Positions 1-10,485 of a stretch of DNA of 64,000 bases are shown here, one piece after another. Source of the DNA: Myxococcota bacterium (GTDB lineage Bacteria; Myxococcota_A; SURF-8); assembly GCA_963674735.2 (NCBI GenBank), contig CAXXQS010000001.1, forward strand, positions 864,001 through 928,000. The letters run 5' to 3'. Position 1 is the stretch's first letter, and every line of letters begins with the position of its first letter. Both the position numbers and the translations under genes were made by a program. The notes below the pieces were generated by a model. The model was not told the origin of the DNA and ran no database searches. It worked only from the letters and a program-made list of their open reading frames with translations.

Positions 1-1207
1 GCTTTCCTCGAAAAGCGTGACGCTCAAAATCTGTAGAATCGTCATCAAACTGTGATCGAGATTCAGATCCTTTTTCAAAATCGCCACCAAAAGATAAACC
101 GTGATCGAAATCCAGATTTGCGTTTTCACTGCATTGACGCTGGTCCCGTAAAACGCCTTGATGCGCAGATTCTGTTTGATCCATTTGAAAAAGACTTCGA
201 TACTCCAACGCAACCGGTAGAGTTCCGGGATTGTTTCCGATGACAGATCGAAGTTGTTGGTGAGCCAGACGAAACGCGTTTTCGACTCCGGATCGGTGTA
301 ATTGATGCGTCGCAGATGATCTGGATAGCGTTTTCTCGAATAATAATCGACAAGTGTGACGGTTTGATCCGATGTTAAGCCTAGACTTCTATCGATCTTG
401 CGAGAATAAATGCGCTTGGTGCGGGTGTCTTTCCGCCCTCTGAGAATGAAGAACGCCCCTGCCTGATGGATTCGATATATGCGCCTGTAATCGAGGTATC
501 CGCGATCCATAATGTAGAACGCTCCTGCTTCAAACGGCAGGATATCCAGCAGGCGTTTGTCGTGACTTTTGCCGTCCGTGATGGAAATGAACGTGGGAAT
601 CCGTCCGCGTAAATCCATTTGAGTATGCAACCGAAGCGATCCGTATTGGCGCGTAAACTTGGCCCAGGGAAAGAGCGACAAGCTCAAGTCAATCGCGGTG
701 GTGTCGAGCGCGTAGGCCGTGGCGTCCAGTTCGACCGCCAGTTTTTCGTCGGCGTATAGCGCGCGGGCCCGTCGAATAAGGGGCTGAGCGAGATCCGCAT
801 AGATACGCCAGTCGCGGTGTTCGTTGGCGTCGGCGAGTGTACTGCGTGATATCTTTCCCCGGATGCCCATGCGGTAGAGCTTCGGCCCCAACGCACGCAA
901 GGTGGCTTCAATATCCCGCAGGCTTTCACGGTAAGATAACTGCGCGAAAGCCATACAGATGAATTGATCCATGCATGAGAAGGTGTGTACACGCTTGTCT
1001 CCCTGATAGCGTTTGACACAACGCCGGAAATGACGATCCGGCAGATAATCAAGCGCCTGAGAAAAAACAGTCCGTGGCATGACGATCTCCTACATCCTGA
1101 AGAAAGGTGATGCGGAAAATCTATCGCGGACAGCCGCCAACGCACAATTATATATGTGATATTATGGGGTTACATGGATTCTGCGCAAAGTTAACCGGAC
1201 AGCTGTG
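1..1207 (-). mobile_element. Degenerate IS4-family (DUF4372-type) insertion sequence, running off the window start; transposase pseudogene
   Basis: The minus strand at 1-100 encodes an IS4-like C-terminus (..VYLLVAILKKDLNLDHSLMTILQILSVTLFE). The reading frame is broken by stops and frameshifts. An IS-end-like sequence GTTAACCGGACAGCTGTG lies at 1190-1207. Confidence 0.7.
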
Positions 1208-1349
1208 GTCTCCCGACCTGAACCGCAATGTTTTCCGATGAACCATATGGAGCCCGTCGGGAGACCGATTCCAACATAAGAAACATTTCAACCTGGAGTG
1301 ACGGACGGCCTCAAAGGAGTAAACGATGCATCCCATTCAAAAAGTGGTG

Positions 1350-2153
1350 CTAGCGCTTCTCAAGCGTGATGGCCGGGATGGGCATGTGTTGCTTGGCAAT
1401 GCTGAGGCAGGTAGAGGCCCCGAGCTGGTCGAGGGTCAGACGCATGTTTTCCGCCGCCGCTTCGGGCGTGTTGTTCTTCTCCGACAGATGAGCCAGCACC
1501 AGGTGGCGCAGGCCCGGATGCATCAAGCGTTCGACCAGCTTGGATGTCTGGCGATTGGATAAATGCCCAAGGTCCGATCCGACGCGTTTTTTGAGCATCC
1601 ACGGATAAGGACCGGTCCACAGCATGCGTTCGTCGTGGTTGGACTCCAACACCAGCAGATCCGATCCCGAAAGCGCGTTTTCCACCGACTCGGTGACGAT
1701 CCCCAGATCGGTGGCCAGACCCACTTTGAGCCCTGCAATTTCGAAGGTAAACGCCACCGGGTCGCAGGTGTCGTGGGAAATCCGAAAAGGGCTGACGCAA
1801 ATGCCGTGCAGATCGAAGGCTTGCGCGGGATCGAAGGGCGTGATGGGGTAGGGGCGCGCTTCACGGGCCAAAAGCGCCGCGCCGGTTCGCTGGGCGGCGT
1901 AAACCGGTGTGCCGTAGCGCCGCGCAAACACCGACACGCCCCGGATGTGGTCCGAATGTTCGTGCGTAATCAGCAGCGCGTCGATTTTAGCGGGGTCGAG
2001 TGCCGCATAGCGCAGCCGTTTCTCCAATTCCTTGCACGATAACCCGGCGTCCACCAAAAGGCGTACCGAGCCGGTATCGAGCACAAGCGCGTTGCCTTTG
2101 CTGCCCGAGGCGAGGATTTGGATGCGCAAGTCGGCGTTTGAGGCGTGTGTCAC
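1350..2153 (-). CDS. MBL-fold metallo-hydrolase (YycJ/WalJ-like)
   Basis: LASGSKGN, THEHSDH metal motif, ATDLG, LESNHD, GHLSN, AHLSEKNN. Confidence 0.9.
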   Translation of the reverse strand: MTHASNADLRIQILASGSKGNALVLDTGSVRLLVDAGLSCKELEKRLRYAALDPAKIDALLITHEHSDHIRGVSVFARRYGTPVYAAQRTGAALLAREARPYPITPFDPAQAFDLHGICVSPFRISHDTCDPVAFTFEIAGLKVGLATDLGIVTESVENALSGSDLLVLESNHDERMLWTGPYPWMLKKRVGSDLGHLSNRQTSKLVERLMHPGLRHLVLAHLSEKNNTPEAAAENMRLTLDQLGASTCLSIAKQHMPIPAITLEKR

Positions 2154-2731
2154 TGGATATAAGCGGATTGAAGCGACTTGAGATAGCGGTTCAACTCCTC
2201 ATCCGTGTTTTGGTCGAGGTTCTTCAAGTTGCTGAAAAGAGAGATATAATTCTTCGATAAGGCGTCGAGTTGGGAATAGGCCGTGATCAACTCCCGTTCG
2301 TATTTGTTTTGTGTGGCGGTTTGGCTCAGAAATTTATAATGGGCTTTGTAGGTGCGGAAGTCCTTGCGCCAGTCTTTCATCCAGCGTCCCCACATTTCCA
2401 TCGAAACTTTGGGATCTTGCCGATATCGCTTGAGCAGGCGATCGACATTGAAACGTAGTTCGCGGTTGAAGTGACGAATGCCCTCCAGGCAGATCAGGGC
2501 CTCGGCGGAATCGTTGACGTGTTCGTATTCCTGTTGCGGGATGATGTTGCGGCGTCCGGCTTCCCAGAAAATGCTGTAACCGACGGAGCCGGCGACGCTG
2601 ATAATGATCCAGCCGAGTGTAATCCCGATAGACAGGTATACAAACAGCCGTGAATACGGATAAATCTTCTTCTGCGGCTCAGCCACCGTCGCCTCCTTCA
2701 ATACCGGAATCGCTGCTGCGCAGGGTAGCAA
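2150..2731 (-). CDS. Hypothetical membrane-anchored helical protein
   Basis: N-terminal TM segment (LFVYLSIGITLGWIIISV); 4-nt overlap with the downstream MBL gene; true start may be slightly downstream. Confidence 0.65.
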   Translation of the reverse strand: MLPCAAAIPVLKEATVAEPQKKIYPYSRLFVYLSIGITLGWIIISVAGSVGYSIFWEAGRRNIIPQQEYEHVNDSAEALICLEGIRHFNRELRFNVDRLLKRYRQDPKVSMEMWGRWMKDWRKDFRTYKAHYKFLSQTATQNKYERELITAYSQLDALSKNYISLFSNLKNLDQNTDEELNRYLKSLQSAYIQ

Positions 2732-2751
2732 GCGTCAGGGGCAAAGTCAAG

Positions 2752-3249
2752 CTAGCGAAAATCGCGAAAAACGACTACGCTGCCCGGTACGATTCCGTGG
2801 CGTGCCACGTCGCCGGCGTTGACCTCCAGTCCGTAATGGGCGGGTTTGTCGATGAACAACGAGGTGGTGTCGTGTGGGCGGGCATTTTCGACGGCGCCCA
2901 CCACGTGCAAATCGGCGCTGATGAACAGGATGTCGAGCGGGATGTAGGTATCCTTCATCCAGAAGCGCTGATAGGTTTCGGATGGGAAGAGAAACAGCAT
3001 GCCCGCATCCGGTGCCAGCTCACGACGATGCATGAGTCCGACCGCCCGCTCGGCCTGCGTGGCCGCCACCTCGACCCGATACACGATGCGTCGTCCCTCG
3101 GGGTTGAGGATTTCAACGGTCGGTACGGGTGACGGAGCGTCGGCGAGAGCGGTGGGGTCGCCGTCGGGATCGGTGTCGGGGGAGGAACGGCAGGCCGTTA
3201 GAACGAACAGGCCGAACACGAAAACAGTGAGTAAGCGAAAATGAATCAC
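2752..3249 (-). CDS. DUF192 family lipoprotein
   Basis: Lipobox LTAC; GLMHR..GMLF..FWMKDTYIPLDILF..LEVNAG signature. Confidence 0.9.
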   Translation of the reverse strand: MIHFRLLTVFVFGLFVLTACRSSPDTDPDGDPTALADAPSPVPTVEILNPEGRRIVYRVEVAATQAERAVGLMHRRELAPDAGMLFLFPSETYQRFWMKDTYIPLDILFISADLHVVGAVENARPHDTTSLFIDKPAHYGLEVNAGDVARHGIVPGSVVVFRDFR

Positions 3250-3383
3250 GGCAGGTTCCCGGTCGTTATGTCTTTACGGATTTTATAACGGATATAGGCG
3301 GCGGCTGCAATCCCGATGTCTGAAAACAATGATGGAATGCGAATGCTTGCAGCTTTCACCCCCAAGCCCATCCCCGCCGCTTG

Positions 3384-4712
3384 TCAGGGGCCGCTCAAGA
3401 CGGCGGCTCGGACGGAAATCGTCTCGTATTCGCCATTCGGGCGCGGGGCGGCCAAGCTGACGATAATGGACAATTCGTCTTGGATCTTGTCTGCAATCGA
3501 TTCAAAGCGCAAGCTGCCGCTTCGGAAAGCCCCGGACTTCAATGTGAGGGTCACTTCCTTGCTTTCCAAAACGCGGTTGCCGTCCGCCACCAGACTGGCC
3601 AGCAGCTTGATTTCGGCGTCGTTGTTTTCAGGCGCGGCCAGGCGATAGCGCAGACGCGGGTTGGATCCGGCCCATTCGGCCAGCCAATAGATGAGATGCG
3701 GCTCTTTGGGCTGCTGAATCCGCTCTGAACGGGCGTATTTAAGGTTTTTCATCGCTTCGGTCGTGAGCGTCTTCAGGTAGTCGTCGGCGGCCAAAAAGGC
3801 GCGTGCACCGGGATGCTCGGGCGAATTTTTCAGAACCTCCAGCATCGCTTCCTTGGCTTTTTCCTTGTGACCCATTTCATGGTAAGCCAGAGCTTTGAAG
3901 TAAATCGCTTTGATGAACAGGGGATCGAGTTTAATGGCTTGATCGTAGTCCTCGATCGCCTTGATGAAATCCTTGTCTTTCTGGGCCTTCAACGCTCCTT
4001 GAAGAAAGCGCAGACCGACGCTGTCGGGGTTCAGCGCCTTCACCAGCATGACCTGATCGGTGGCCTGCTCGAAATCGCCCATGACGCGGTAATAATCGGC
4101 CAGGACGCGGTGGGTGATGTATTCTTTGGGGTAATAGCGGCGCAGGGTGTTGGACAGGCGGCGGGCGCTTTCGAGGACTTCGTCGAGTTGTACGAGCCGG
4201 TAGTTGACCATATTGGAGAGGGCGGCCAGTTCTTTTTCGTTGTCGGCCGCTCTGAGCGCCGCCATTTTCAGGCGCATGAAATCGACTTCGCTTTTAAGCT
4301 GTTCGGCCCAGCAGATGTAAAGTTGAGCCAACCAGCCGGAAAGCTGCACGTCTTCGGTTTTGAAAACACGCAAGGCCAAAAACTGAAACTCGGCCCGGTC
4401 GAATTCGCGGAAGTTATCCATGCGAACCATGTGTTTGGCCGAGGATAAAAGCTTGTCGGAGGAGTAATGCTGAACGTCCGCCGAGCGTTTCCCGGCGCAG
4501 CCGCCCAAAACAGACAGAGCCAACCCGAAAGCCGCTATCAGTGCGAGATAACCAAGGTGGTGCATCCATCCATTTGCATGCCGAGATTGTAGCCGGTCCA
4601 CTTCGTCCTCCTGACTGCTTACGAAAGCGATTCCTGTCATTTTCCGGTCTTGCGTCCGGTCATCCCCTCGAATGTGGTGTTCGCGGCTGCAGTATACCTC
4701 AACCGTGGCCAC
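3384..4712 (-). CDS. Tetratricopeptide-repeat lipoprotein
   Basis: Signal/lipobox (LSVLGGC) implies a later start than the ORF call; TPR motifs (AIEDYDQAIKLDP, A..EVLKNSPEHPGA). Confidence 0.7.
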   Translation of the reverse strand: MATVEVYCSREHHIRGDDRTQDRKMTGIAFVSSQEDEVDRLQSRHANGWMHHLGYLALIAAFGLALSVLGGCAGKRSADVQHYSSDKLLSSAKHMVRMDNFREFDRAEFQFLALRVFKTEDVQLSGWLAQLYICWAEQLKSEVDFMRLKMAALRAADNEKELAALSNMVNYRLVQLDEVLESARRLSNTLRRYYPKEYITHRVLADYYRVMGDFEQATDQVMLVKALNPDSVGLRFLQGALKAQKDKDFIKAIEDYDQAIKLDPLFIKAIYFKALAYHEMGHKEKAKEAMLEVLKNSPEHPGARAFLAADDYLKTLTTEAMKNLKYARSERIQQPKEPHLIYWLAEWAGSNPRLRYRLAAPENNDAEIKLLASLVADGNRVLESKEVTLTLKSGAFRSGSLRFESIADKIQDELSIIVSLAAPRPNGEYETISVRAAVLSGP

Positions 4713-4861
4713 CTCAACAAGTATGATCGGCGAAAAGACACAAAGGTTTATGTTTCAGAGATGAAAATACGGAAGATGTGTGTTGCGTGGTTGCAGGTGA
4801 GGCCATCCATCGCTACAATACGCGGCACCCGATGAAATTTCGGGATTGAGAGGAGGCCGTC

Positions 4862-5620
4862 ATGGCATTGGTGGACACCCATTGCCACTTGGATTTTCCG
4901 CCTTTGTCGGAAGACCGGGATGGCGTGATCGCGCGCGCCCGGGCGCGGGGAGTGACGCGCATCGTGCATCCCGCCTACGATCGCGCATCCTGGAATCATA
5001 TCGAGCATCTGGCGCGGCGTCCCGAGGTGTTTCCGGCCTTCGGCTGGCACCCGTGGGTGGTCGATGAGAAGGTGGATCGGGAGGAGTTGACGAACTGGTG
5101 TCGTCGCTGTGGGGCGGTTGCCATCGGCGAAATCGGCTTGGATTTCAAGGTGCCCGATGCCGACCGGGAACGCCAGATCGAGGTGTTTCGGATGCAGCTC
5201 GCTGTGGCGGTCGAATTGGACCTGCCAGTGTTGTTACACAATCGAGGGGCATTTGAAGAAATGCTAGATATAATAGGCGAATACAATGGAATAGTTAAAG
5301 GAATCCTTCACGCTTATTCGCGTGGCCCGGAGTTGGCTTCACGCTTTTTGGACCTCGGCTTGTACCTGGCTTTCGGTGGGGCACTGACGCGCTCCAATGC
5401 CAAGCGCGCCCATCGTTCGGCGCGGATGGTTCCTCCCGAGCGCCTGCTGCTCGAAACCGACGCTCCGGCCATTGCGCTGGAAGGGGTTCCCGCCGAGAAG
5501 GTGGAGCCGGGACATGTGCGGGATATTCTGAGCTGTCTGGCGGAGTTGCGCGATGAATCGGAAGCGCAGCTTGAAGAAATCACGACGCGAAATGCGCGGC
5601 ATTTATTGAATTTGGAGTAG
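4862..5620 (+). CDS. tatD: TatD family hydrolase
   Basis: DTHCHLD, GWHP, AIGEIGLD, LHNR, LLLETDAP; GAGG RBS. Confidence 0.92.
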   Translation: MALVDTHCHLDFPPLSEDRDGVIARARARGVTRIVHPAYDRASWNHIEHLARRPEVFPAFGWHPWVVDEKVDREELTNWCRRCGAVAIGEIGLDFKVPDADRERQIEVFRMQLAVAVELDLPVLLHNRGAFEEMLDIIGEYNGIVKGILHAYSRGPELASRFLDLGLYLAFGGALTRSNAKRAHRSARMVPPERLLLETDAPAIALEGVPAEKVEPGHVRDILSCLAELRDESEAQLEEITTRNARHLLNLE

Positions 5621-5625
5621 AGGGA

Positions 5626-6492
5626 ATGACCTCATTCGAACGGAAACCGAAGACGGACGGCGAAAGCTCAGACAAAGCCGGACTCGATGCGTTATCCGAG
5701 ATCCCGCCGAATCACGCGGCCATGTTCAACCGTGTGGTGGATTTCGTGGGAAGTGCGGGGTTGGCGAAATTGCAGGACTCTTTCGTCGTGGTGGTGGGTC
5801 TGGGCGGTGTGGGCAGTCATGCCGCGATGGCCCTGGCGCGTAGCGGCGTGGGACGGATGCGGGTGATCGACAGCGACCGCGTGACGCCATCGAGTTTGAA
5901 TCGGAATGCGGTGGCCTCCTGGACGGATGTGGACAAATCCAAGGTGGAAGTGATGGCTCGCCATCTGCGGGCGGTCAATCCGCTGATACAAGTAGAGGCG
6001 GTGGAAGCCTTTTTCGCCGAGGAAAGGGCTAATGAACTGTTGGCCGGAGAACCGGATTTCGTCGTGGATGCCATCGACAGTCTTCACCCGAAGGTGACGC
6101 TTCTTCGTTATTGTGTCGAGCGGGAAATACGGGTCGTCAGCAGTATGGGGGCATCGTCTCATTGCGACCCCAGTTTCATGGAGATCGACGACATCGGGCG
6201 GACGCGCATGTGTCCGCTGGCGCGGGCGGTACGGCGGCGTTTGTCACGGTTGGGGATTCACTCAGGAATTACAGCCATTTACTCGACGGAACCAGCCGGA
6301 CGGACCTTGCCGCCCGACGAGACGGATCCGGACAAGGAAAACTGGCGTGGACGAGAGCGGCGACGCTTGCCCAGTTTAGCTGTGGTTCCGGGTATTTTCG
6401 GCTATGCCGCCGCTGGGGTGGCGCTTATGGAACTGGCGGGTTACGATCCGGCGAATCCGCCGACGGATGATAGTTGTTCTGCGGTCGAGTGA
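5626..6492 (+). CDS. tcdA: tRNA threonylcarbamoyladenosine dehydratase (ThiF family)
   Basis: GLGGVGS, SSLNR, DAID, SSMGA, CPLARAVRRRL, YSTE, VPGIFG. Confidence 0.85.
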   Translation: MTSFERKPKTDGESSDKAGLDALSEIPPNHAAMFNRVVDFVGSAGLAKLQDSFVVVVGLGGVGSHAAMALARSGVGRMRVIDSDRVTPSSLNRNAVASWTDVDKSKVEVMARHLRAVNPLIQVEAVEAFFAEERANELLAGEPDFVVDAIDSLHPKVTLLRYCVEREIRVVSSMGASSHCDPSFMEIDDIGRTRMCPLARAVRRRLSRLGIHSGITAIYSTEPAGRTLPPDETDPDKENWRGRERRRLPSLAVVPGIFGYAAAGVALMELAGYDPANPPTDDSCSAVE

Positions 6493-6563
6493 CGTCCTTT
6501 GCAACTGCGTTCGACTGTGCTAAGTTACGATGTTCCTGATCTCTGGCTTGGAAAGGATCGTCC

Positions 6564-8444
6564 ATGAAGGTTTCGAAATCTGCAGTTTGCATGTGGGTCG
6601 TTTTGGTTGCTTTTCTGCTGGTTGCCTGCGGCGAGACGGGAGAAGATGATGCGGTCGATGGAGACCAACCCGATGGGGATATCCCCGATGGCGACGATCC
6701 CGATGGCGACGATCCCGACGGTGACGAGACCGACGGTGACGATCTCGATGGCGACGAGCCCGACGGTGACGAGCCCGATGGCGACGAGCCGGATGGGGAT
6801 GATCCCGCTCCACTCGATTTCGAAGCGGGATTTGTTGAACTTGAACCGGTCGATTTTGCTTTTCTCCGCAACAGCTATCGCCTGGAACTGACGTCGTCGC
6901 CCGCGCGCATGTGGTACGCCTTTCATCCGGCGGATGAAGCACCCGAAGATAAACCGCTGATGATCTTCTTCAACGGTGGACCGGGATCGTCGACGGGCAT
7001 CCTGTTCGGATTCAACACGGCGAAATACACCTTGGATCCGGTGTTCAGCGGTGGGGATCCGGTGGGGGAAAATCCGCATTCCTGGACGGAATTGGCCAAT
7101 CTGCTGTACGTCGATGCGCGCCAGACCGGTTTTTCGTACACGATGACGGAGAACGTGGAAGACGAAGAAACGCGAGTGGACGAATTTACCGCCAAGAATT
7201 TCAATTGCCTGCTTGATGGCGCGGATTTCGTGCGCGTGCTGCTGCGCTTCGTGGCTCGGCACCCGGCCTTGCAGGACAACAAACTGATTCTGGTCGGCGA
7301 AAGCTACGGCGGTATTCGAGCGACGGTGATGCTGAACCTGCTGTTGAAGTACACTGATTACGCTGGGGTTAATGTTTATGAAGATTTGGCCCTGGTGGAC
7401 GAAATCCAGACGCATTACGATGCTGTTTTTCCCGAGTATGCCGGGCAGCAGGTGCCACCGCAAGTCGTGGCCGAGCAGTTCAGCCATCAAGTGTTGGTGC
7501 AGCCGCTTTTAAGCGGTGAGTATCAGGATTATCAAGCGGGCCAACTGTGGGATGCGCCGGGGTCGCCGATGTACGATATCGCGACCGAAGAGGGGTTGAC
7601 CTTTATTCCCTGCTCCGATCTGGGGTCCGATTGCAATCCTTACAATAACGGCCTGGAGTTTGCCTGGTACACAGCCGAACGCGACGCTTACAATTACAGC
7701 AAGCCGGATGGCTGGATGGACGATGTGATCGACGCCAGTCTGCCGAATATCGTAAAGGTACAACATCTAGCAGATATCACGGGCTACGATGTCACGCAAA
7801 TCGAGGAAATGTATGCGGAAAATCGTGAGGACGCCTATCGCTACGGCCGCACCGATGGTCCTGTCAATTTCTCGTTATCGCCCGAAAAAACATGGGCGGC
7901 GCTTCCGCTGATGGAACGGATGCATCGCGAAAAACGCGCGCAGCGGCCGAATTTCAAAGCCGATTACCGGGGAGACATGGCGGATACATTCGGGGCGGTC
8001 AAAGCCTGGGATCGCTATTACCTGTCGCTAAATGAAGTGGTCAACCGGACTTTTTACCTCAACGAAGCGCTGAGTTTCGATATCGATCCGTTTCAAATGC
8101 GCTATGGCGAAATGTTCCTTGAAAACCTCGTCTATGTCGAAAGTTTCATCACGCATGCGGCATATGATCTGGTGATCTATGGACCGGCGATTCCACCGGC
8201 TTTGGCGATGCACGACGATTTGGTGGTGAGCACCGAACACGAGACCACGGCCCGTGACGGTGTCGAGCGGCCCGGCTGGTTTACCGTCCACTACAAGGAA
8301 GACGCCTTTAGCGGACTCGACGGCGCTGAAAGCCGGACGGTGCGCTTCCCGCTCTATACGGATAGCTGCCACGCTGTGGAAATCACCGAGCCCGAAGCCC
8401 TTCTGGATGACGTGCGCGAGTGGCTGTCGCAGACGGACGAGTAG
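6564..8444 (+). CDS. S10 serine carboxypeptidase-family lipoprotein with N-terminal DGD repeat stalk
   Basis: Lipobox LVAC; FFNGGPGSST; ANLLYVD..TGFSY; GESYGG nucleophile motif. Confidence 0.85.
   Translation: MKVSKSAVCMWVVLVAFLLVACGETGEDDAVDGDQPDGDIPDGDDPDGDDPDGDETDGDDLDGDEPDGDEPDGDEPDGDDPAPLDFEAGFVELEPVDFAFLRNSYRLELTSSPARMWYAFHPADEAPEDKPLMIFFNGGPGSSTGILFGFNTAKYTLDPVFSGGDPVGENPHSWTELANLLYVDARQTGFSYTMTENVEDEETRVDEFTAKNFNCLLDGADFVRVLLRFVARHPALQDNKLILVGESYGGIRATVMLNLLLKYTDYAGVNVYEDLALVDEIQTHYDAVFPEYAGQQVPPQVVAEQFSHQVLVQPLLSGEYQDYQAGQLWDAPGSPMYDIATEEGLTFIPCSDLGSDCNPYNNGLEFAWYTAERDAYNYSKPDGWMDDVIDASLPNIVKVQHLADITGYDVTQIEEMYAENREDAYRYGRTDGPVNFSLSPEKTWAALPLMERMHREKRAQRPNFKADYRGDMADTFGAVKAWDRYYLSLNEVVNRTFYLNEALSFDIDPFQMRYGEMFLENLVYVESFITHAAYDLVIYGPAIPPALAMHDDLVVSTEHETTARDGVERPGWFTVHYKEDAFSGLDGAESRTVRFPLYTDSCHAVEITEPEALLDDVREWLSQTDE
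6655..6805 (+). repeat. Imperfect 15-bp coding tandem repeat (DGDxP)n
   Basis: About 10 units such as gatggcgacgatccc / gacggtgacgagccc. Confidence 0.85.
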
Positions 8445-9269
8445 AAATCTGCGCCGATCCTGAAAAATCCGCTCCAAGGTCCGGTGGCTTGCCGGGACTT
8501 CTTGGCTGTGCCTGAAATACGGATTGGTTTCCGCACGATGTGATTGGATTCACTCGACTATTTATTGCAAAAGCCTCCCTTGTCGATCGCGTTGGCGACT
8601 TTACTTCTTCTAACCGAATTTTAAATACACGTTGGGGCTGGATTCGTGTATGATACTTCGCCAAAATGACGATCTGGCGGGGAGGGAGTGTCTACCGAAA
8701 CGAAAGGCGCGGATTTTCGCGAATGTTTGCAATAACCCCCATGTTTTCTTCGACGGATAAACAAGAACGGCCGATCACCGATCGGCAGTGACAAAAATCC
8801 TTGTGAGCGGTGTTGATTCTCAGAAGGTATCATGTGAAGGATGTGGGAAATGAGCCAGATGGAGAATGATCGCAAAAATCGTCCCGACTCCCTTGAGGCA
8901 GTCCGGGGAAGCGTGGCCGACAAAGAAAATGAAAAGGTTCGGAGCGTTGGGCAACTGCCGTTCGGACGATTTTTCACGGCGATGATTTCGGAGAGTCGGT
9001 CAGGTACCGAAAAAAATGGAGAATCATCCGTGAATATGCGCAACGACAGGCTTCCGGCGGTTGAAACTTCGGATGCCGAATCCGAGGCTGAGTCAGAATG
9101 TGCTATCTCATTTCAACACAAAAGCGAAAAAAACAAGTGAATTCCGTTCATTAAGATTCTCAGTATACCAAAATGGTAAAAATAAGTTGTCTCTTTTCAG
9201 TAAAAGCAGCTATCCGCTAAAGGCTCATAACTGCATGAAAATAAAGGATAATAATTGTTTTAAACGAGT

Positions 9270-9285
9270 TGGCGCGAACTTTGCT
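9270..9285 (+). promoter_or_regulatory. Sigma54 -24/-12 promoter of the RND operon
   Basis: TGGCGCG-AACT-TTGCT with canonical GG-N10-GC spacing; AT-rich tract upstream; about 50 nt before the start codon. Confidence 0.7.
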
Positions 9286-9336
9286 ATATGACAGAGCCCG
9301 TAGCGAGACGACACGGAAGTAGAGAACCTGGAGGAA

Positions 9337-10410
9337 GTGATGAAACATCTTGGTGCACTAATCATAAATATCGTGATTATTTCATTAATGGCGATGGGGA
9401 CGAGTTCGTGTACGTCTCATGCCGATGCTTCTCTGGATAACAGGGCGGCAGACAGCGGTGCCGCGATTGTCGCGCCGGTCAACGTTAAAACCGAGGCGGT
9501 GGAATTCGGTCGTTTAACCGAATCCTTGCATGCCAGCGGTCAGACGATTGCCGATCGCGACGTTCTTCTGTCTGCCGAGACCGCCGGTCGCATCGAGCAT
9601 ATGGACGCCAAGCTGGGACAGCCGGTAAAAAAAGGGCAGGTGCTGGTGCGCATCGATTATGCCATGCTGAAAGCCCAGCGCGACCAAGCTCAGGCCAGCT
9701 TCAACCTGACGGAGAAAACCTTCAATCGTTTGAACCAGTTGCGCTCGGAGGAACTGGTCAGCCAGCAGAGCATCGATGAGGCCGAGTCCTCCATGATTCA
9801 AGCCAAAGCGATGCTGAAAATCGCCCAGGTCAACTTGAATCGCAGTGTTGTGCGTGCTACAACCGATGGTGTTATTACCGAAAAGCATGTCGAGAAGGGC
9901 GAATATGTCGGTCCTGGAACTCCACTGTTCCGCGTCGTGGACATCCGGCACATTGTCGTCACGGCGGATATTCCCGAAAGTAAAGTCGGGGCCATCAAGC
10001 CCGGGGCACCGGTTTCGGTACGACTCGACGCGCTCGGCCGTACGATCGAGAGTCGGGTGCAGGTTGTGCTTCCGGCCGCCCATCCGGCCAGCCGAACCTA
10101 TCAAATGCGCGTTCAGCTCGACAACTCCGACGGTCGCATCCTGGTGGGGATGGCGGCCAACCTCTCCATCACGCTCAAAACATATGAAGACGTGGTGGTG
10201 GCTTCTCAGGATGTGGTGCTCGAAGAAGAAAACGGACGTTCCGTTTTCGTGCGCGATGGCGACGTGGCCCGCAAGCGGGCGGTCTCTTTGGGGGCCGTGG
10301 ACGGCGATCGTGTGGTTCTGGTTGATGGCGTCGAGCAAGGCGACGAACTCATCGTCGTCGGCATGCGCGACTTGGTGGATGGCCAGCCGGTTCGTCTCGT
10401 TACCAATTAA
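9337..10410 (+). CDS. RND efflux periplasmic adaptor (MFP) subunit
   Basis: SAETAGRI..GQPVKKGQVLVRID; helical hairpin; GEYVGPGTPLF; GGAGG RBS. Confidence 0.93.
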   Translation: MMKHLGALIINIVIISLMAMGTSSCTSHADASLDNRAADSGAAIVAPVNVKTEAVEFGRLTESLHASGQTIADRDVLLSAETAGRIEHMDAKLGQPVKKGQVLVRIDYAMLKAQRDQAQASFNLTEKTFNRLNQLRSEELVSQQSIDEAESSMIQAKAMLKIAQVNLNRSVVRATTDGVITEKHVEKGEYVGPGTPLFRVVDIRHIVVTADIPESKVGAIKPGAPVSVRLDALGRTIESRVQVVLPAAHPASRTYQMRVQLDNSDGRILVGMAANLSITLKTYEDVVVASQDVVLEEENGRSVFVRDGDVARKRAVSLGAVDGDRVVLVDGVEQGDELIVVGMRDLVDGQPVRLVTN

Positions 10411-10485
10411 AAAAAATTCCCGCCGATTTGGAAGGGGTTAGTGTATGCCCGGCCTCAAAGCCGGGCTTTTTAGGAGAATTCTCCC

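Noticed and set aside
5626-6492. ThiF-family gene as a RiPP or ubiquitin-like enzyme
   Set aside because: Its motifs and the tatD neighbour fit housekeeping TcdA.
8621-9291. Short ORFs in the intergenic region upstream of the RND operon
   Set aside because: Mutually overlapping, with no recognisable motifs; the region is better explained as regulatory.
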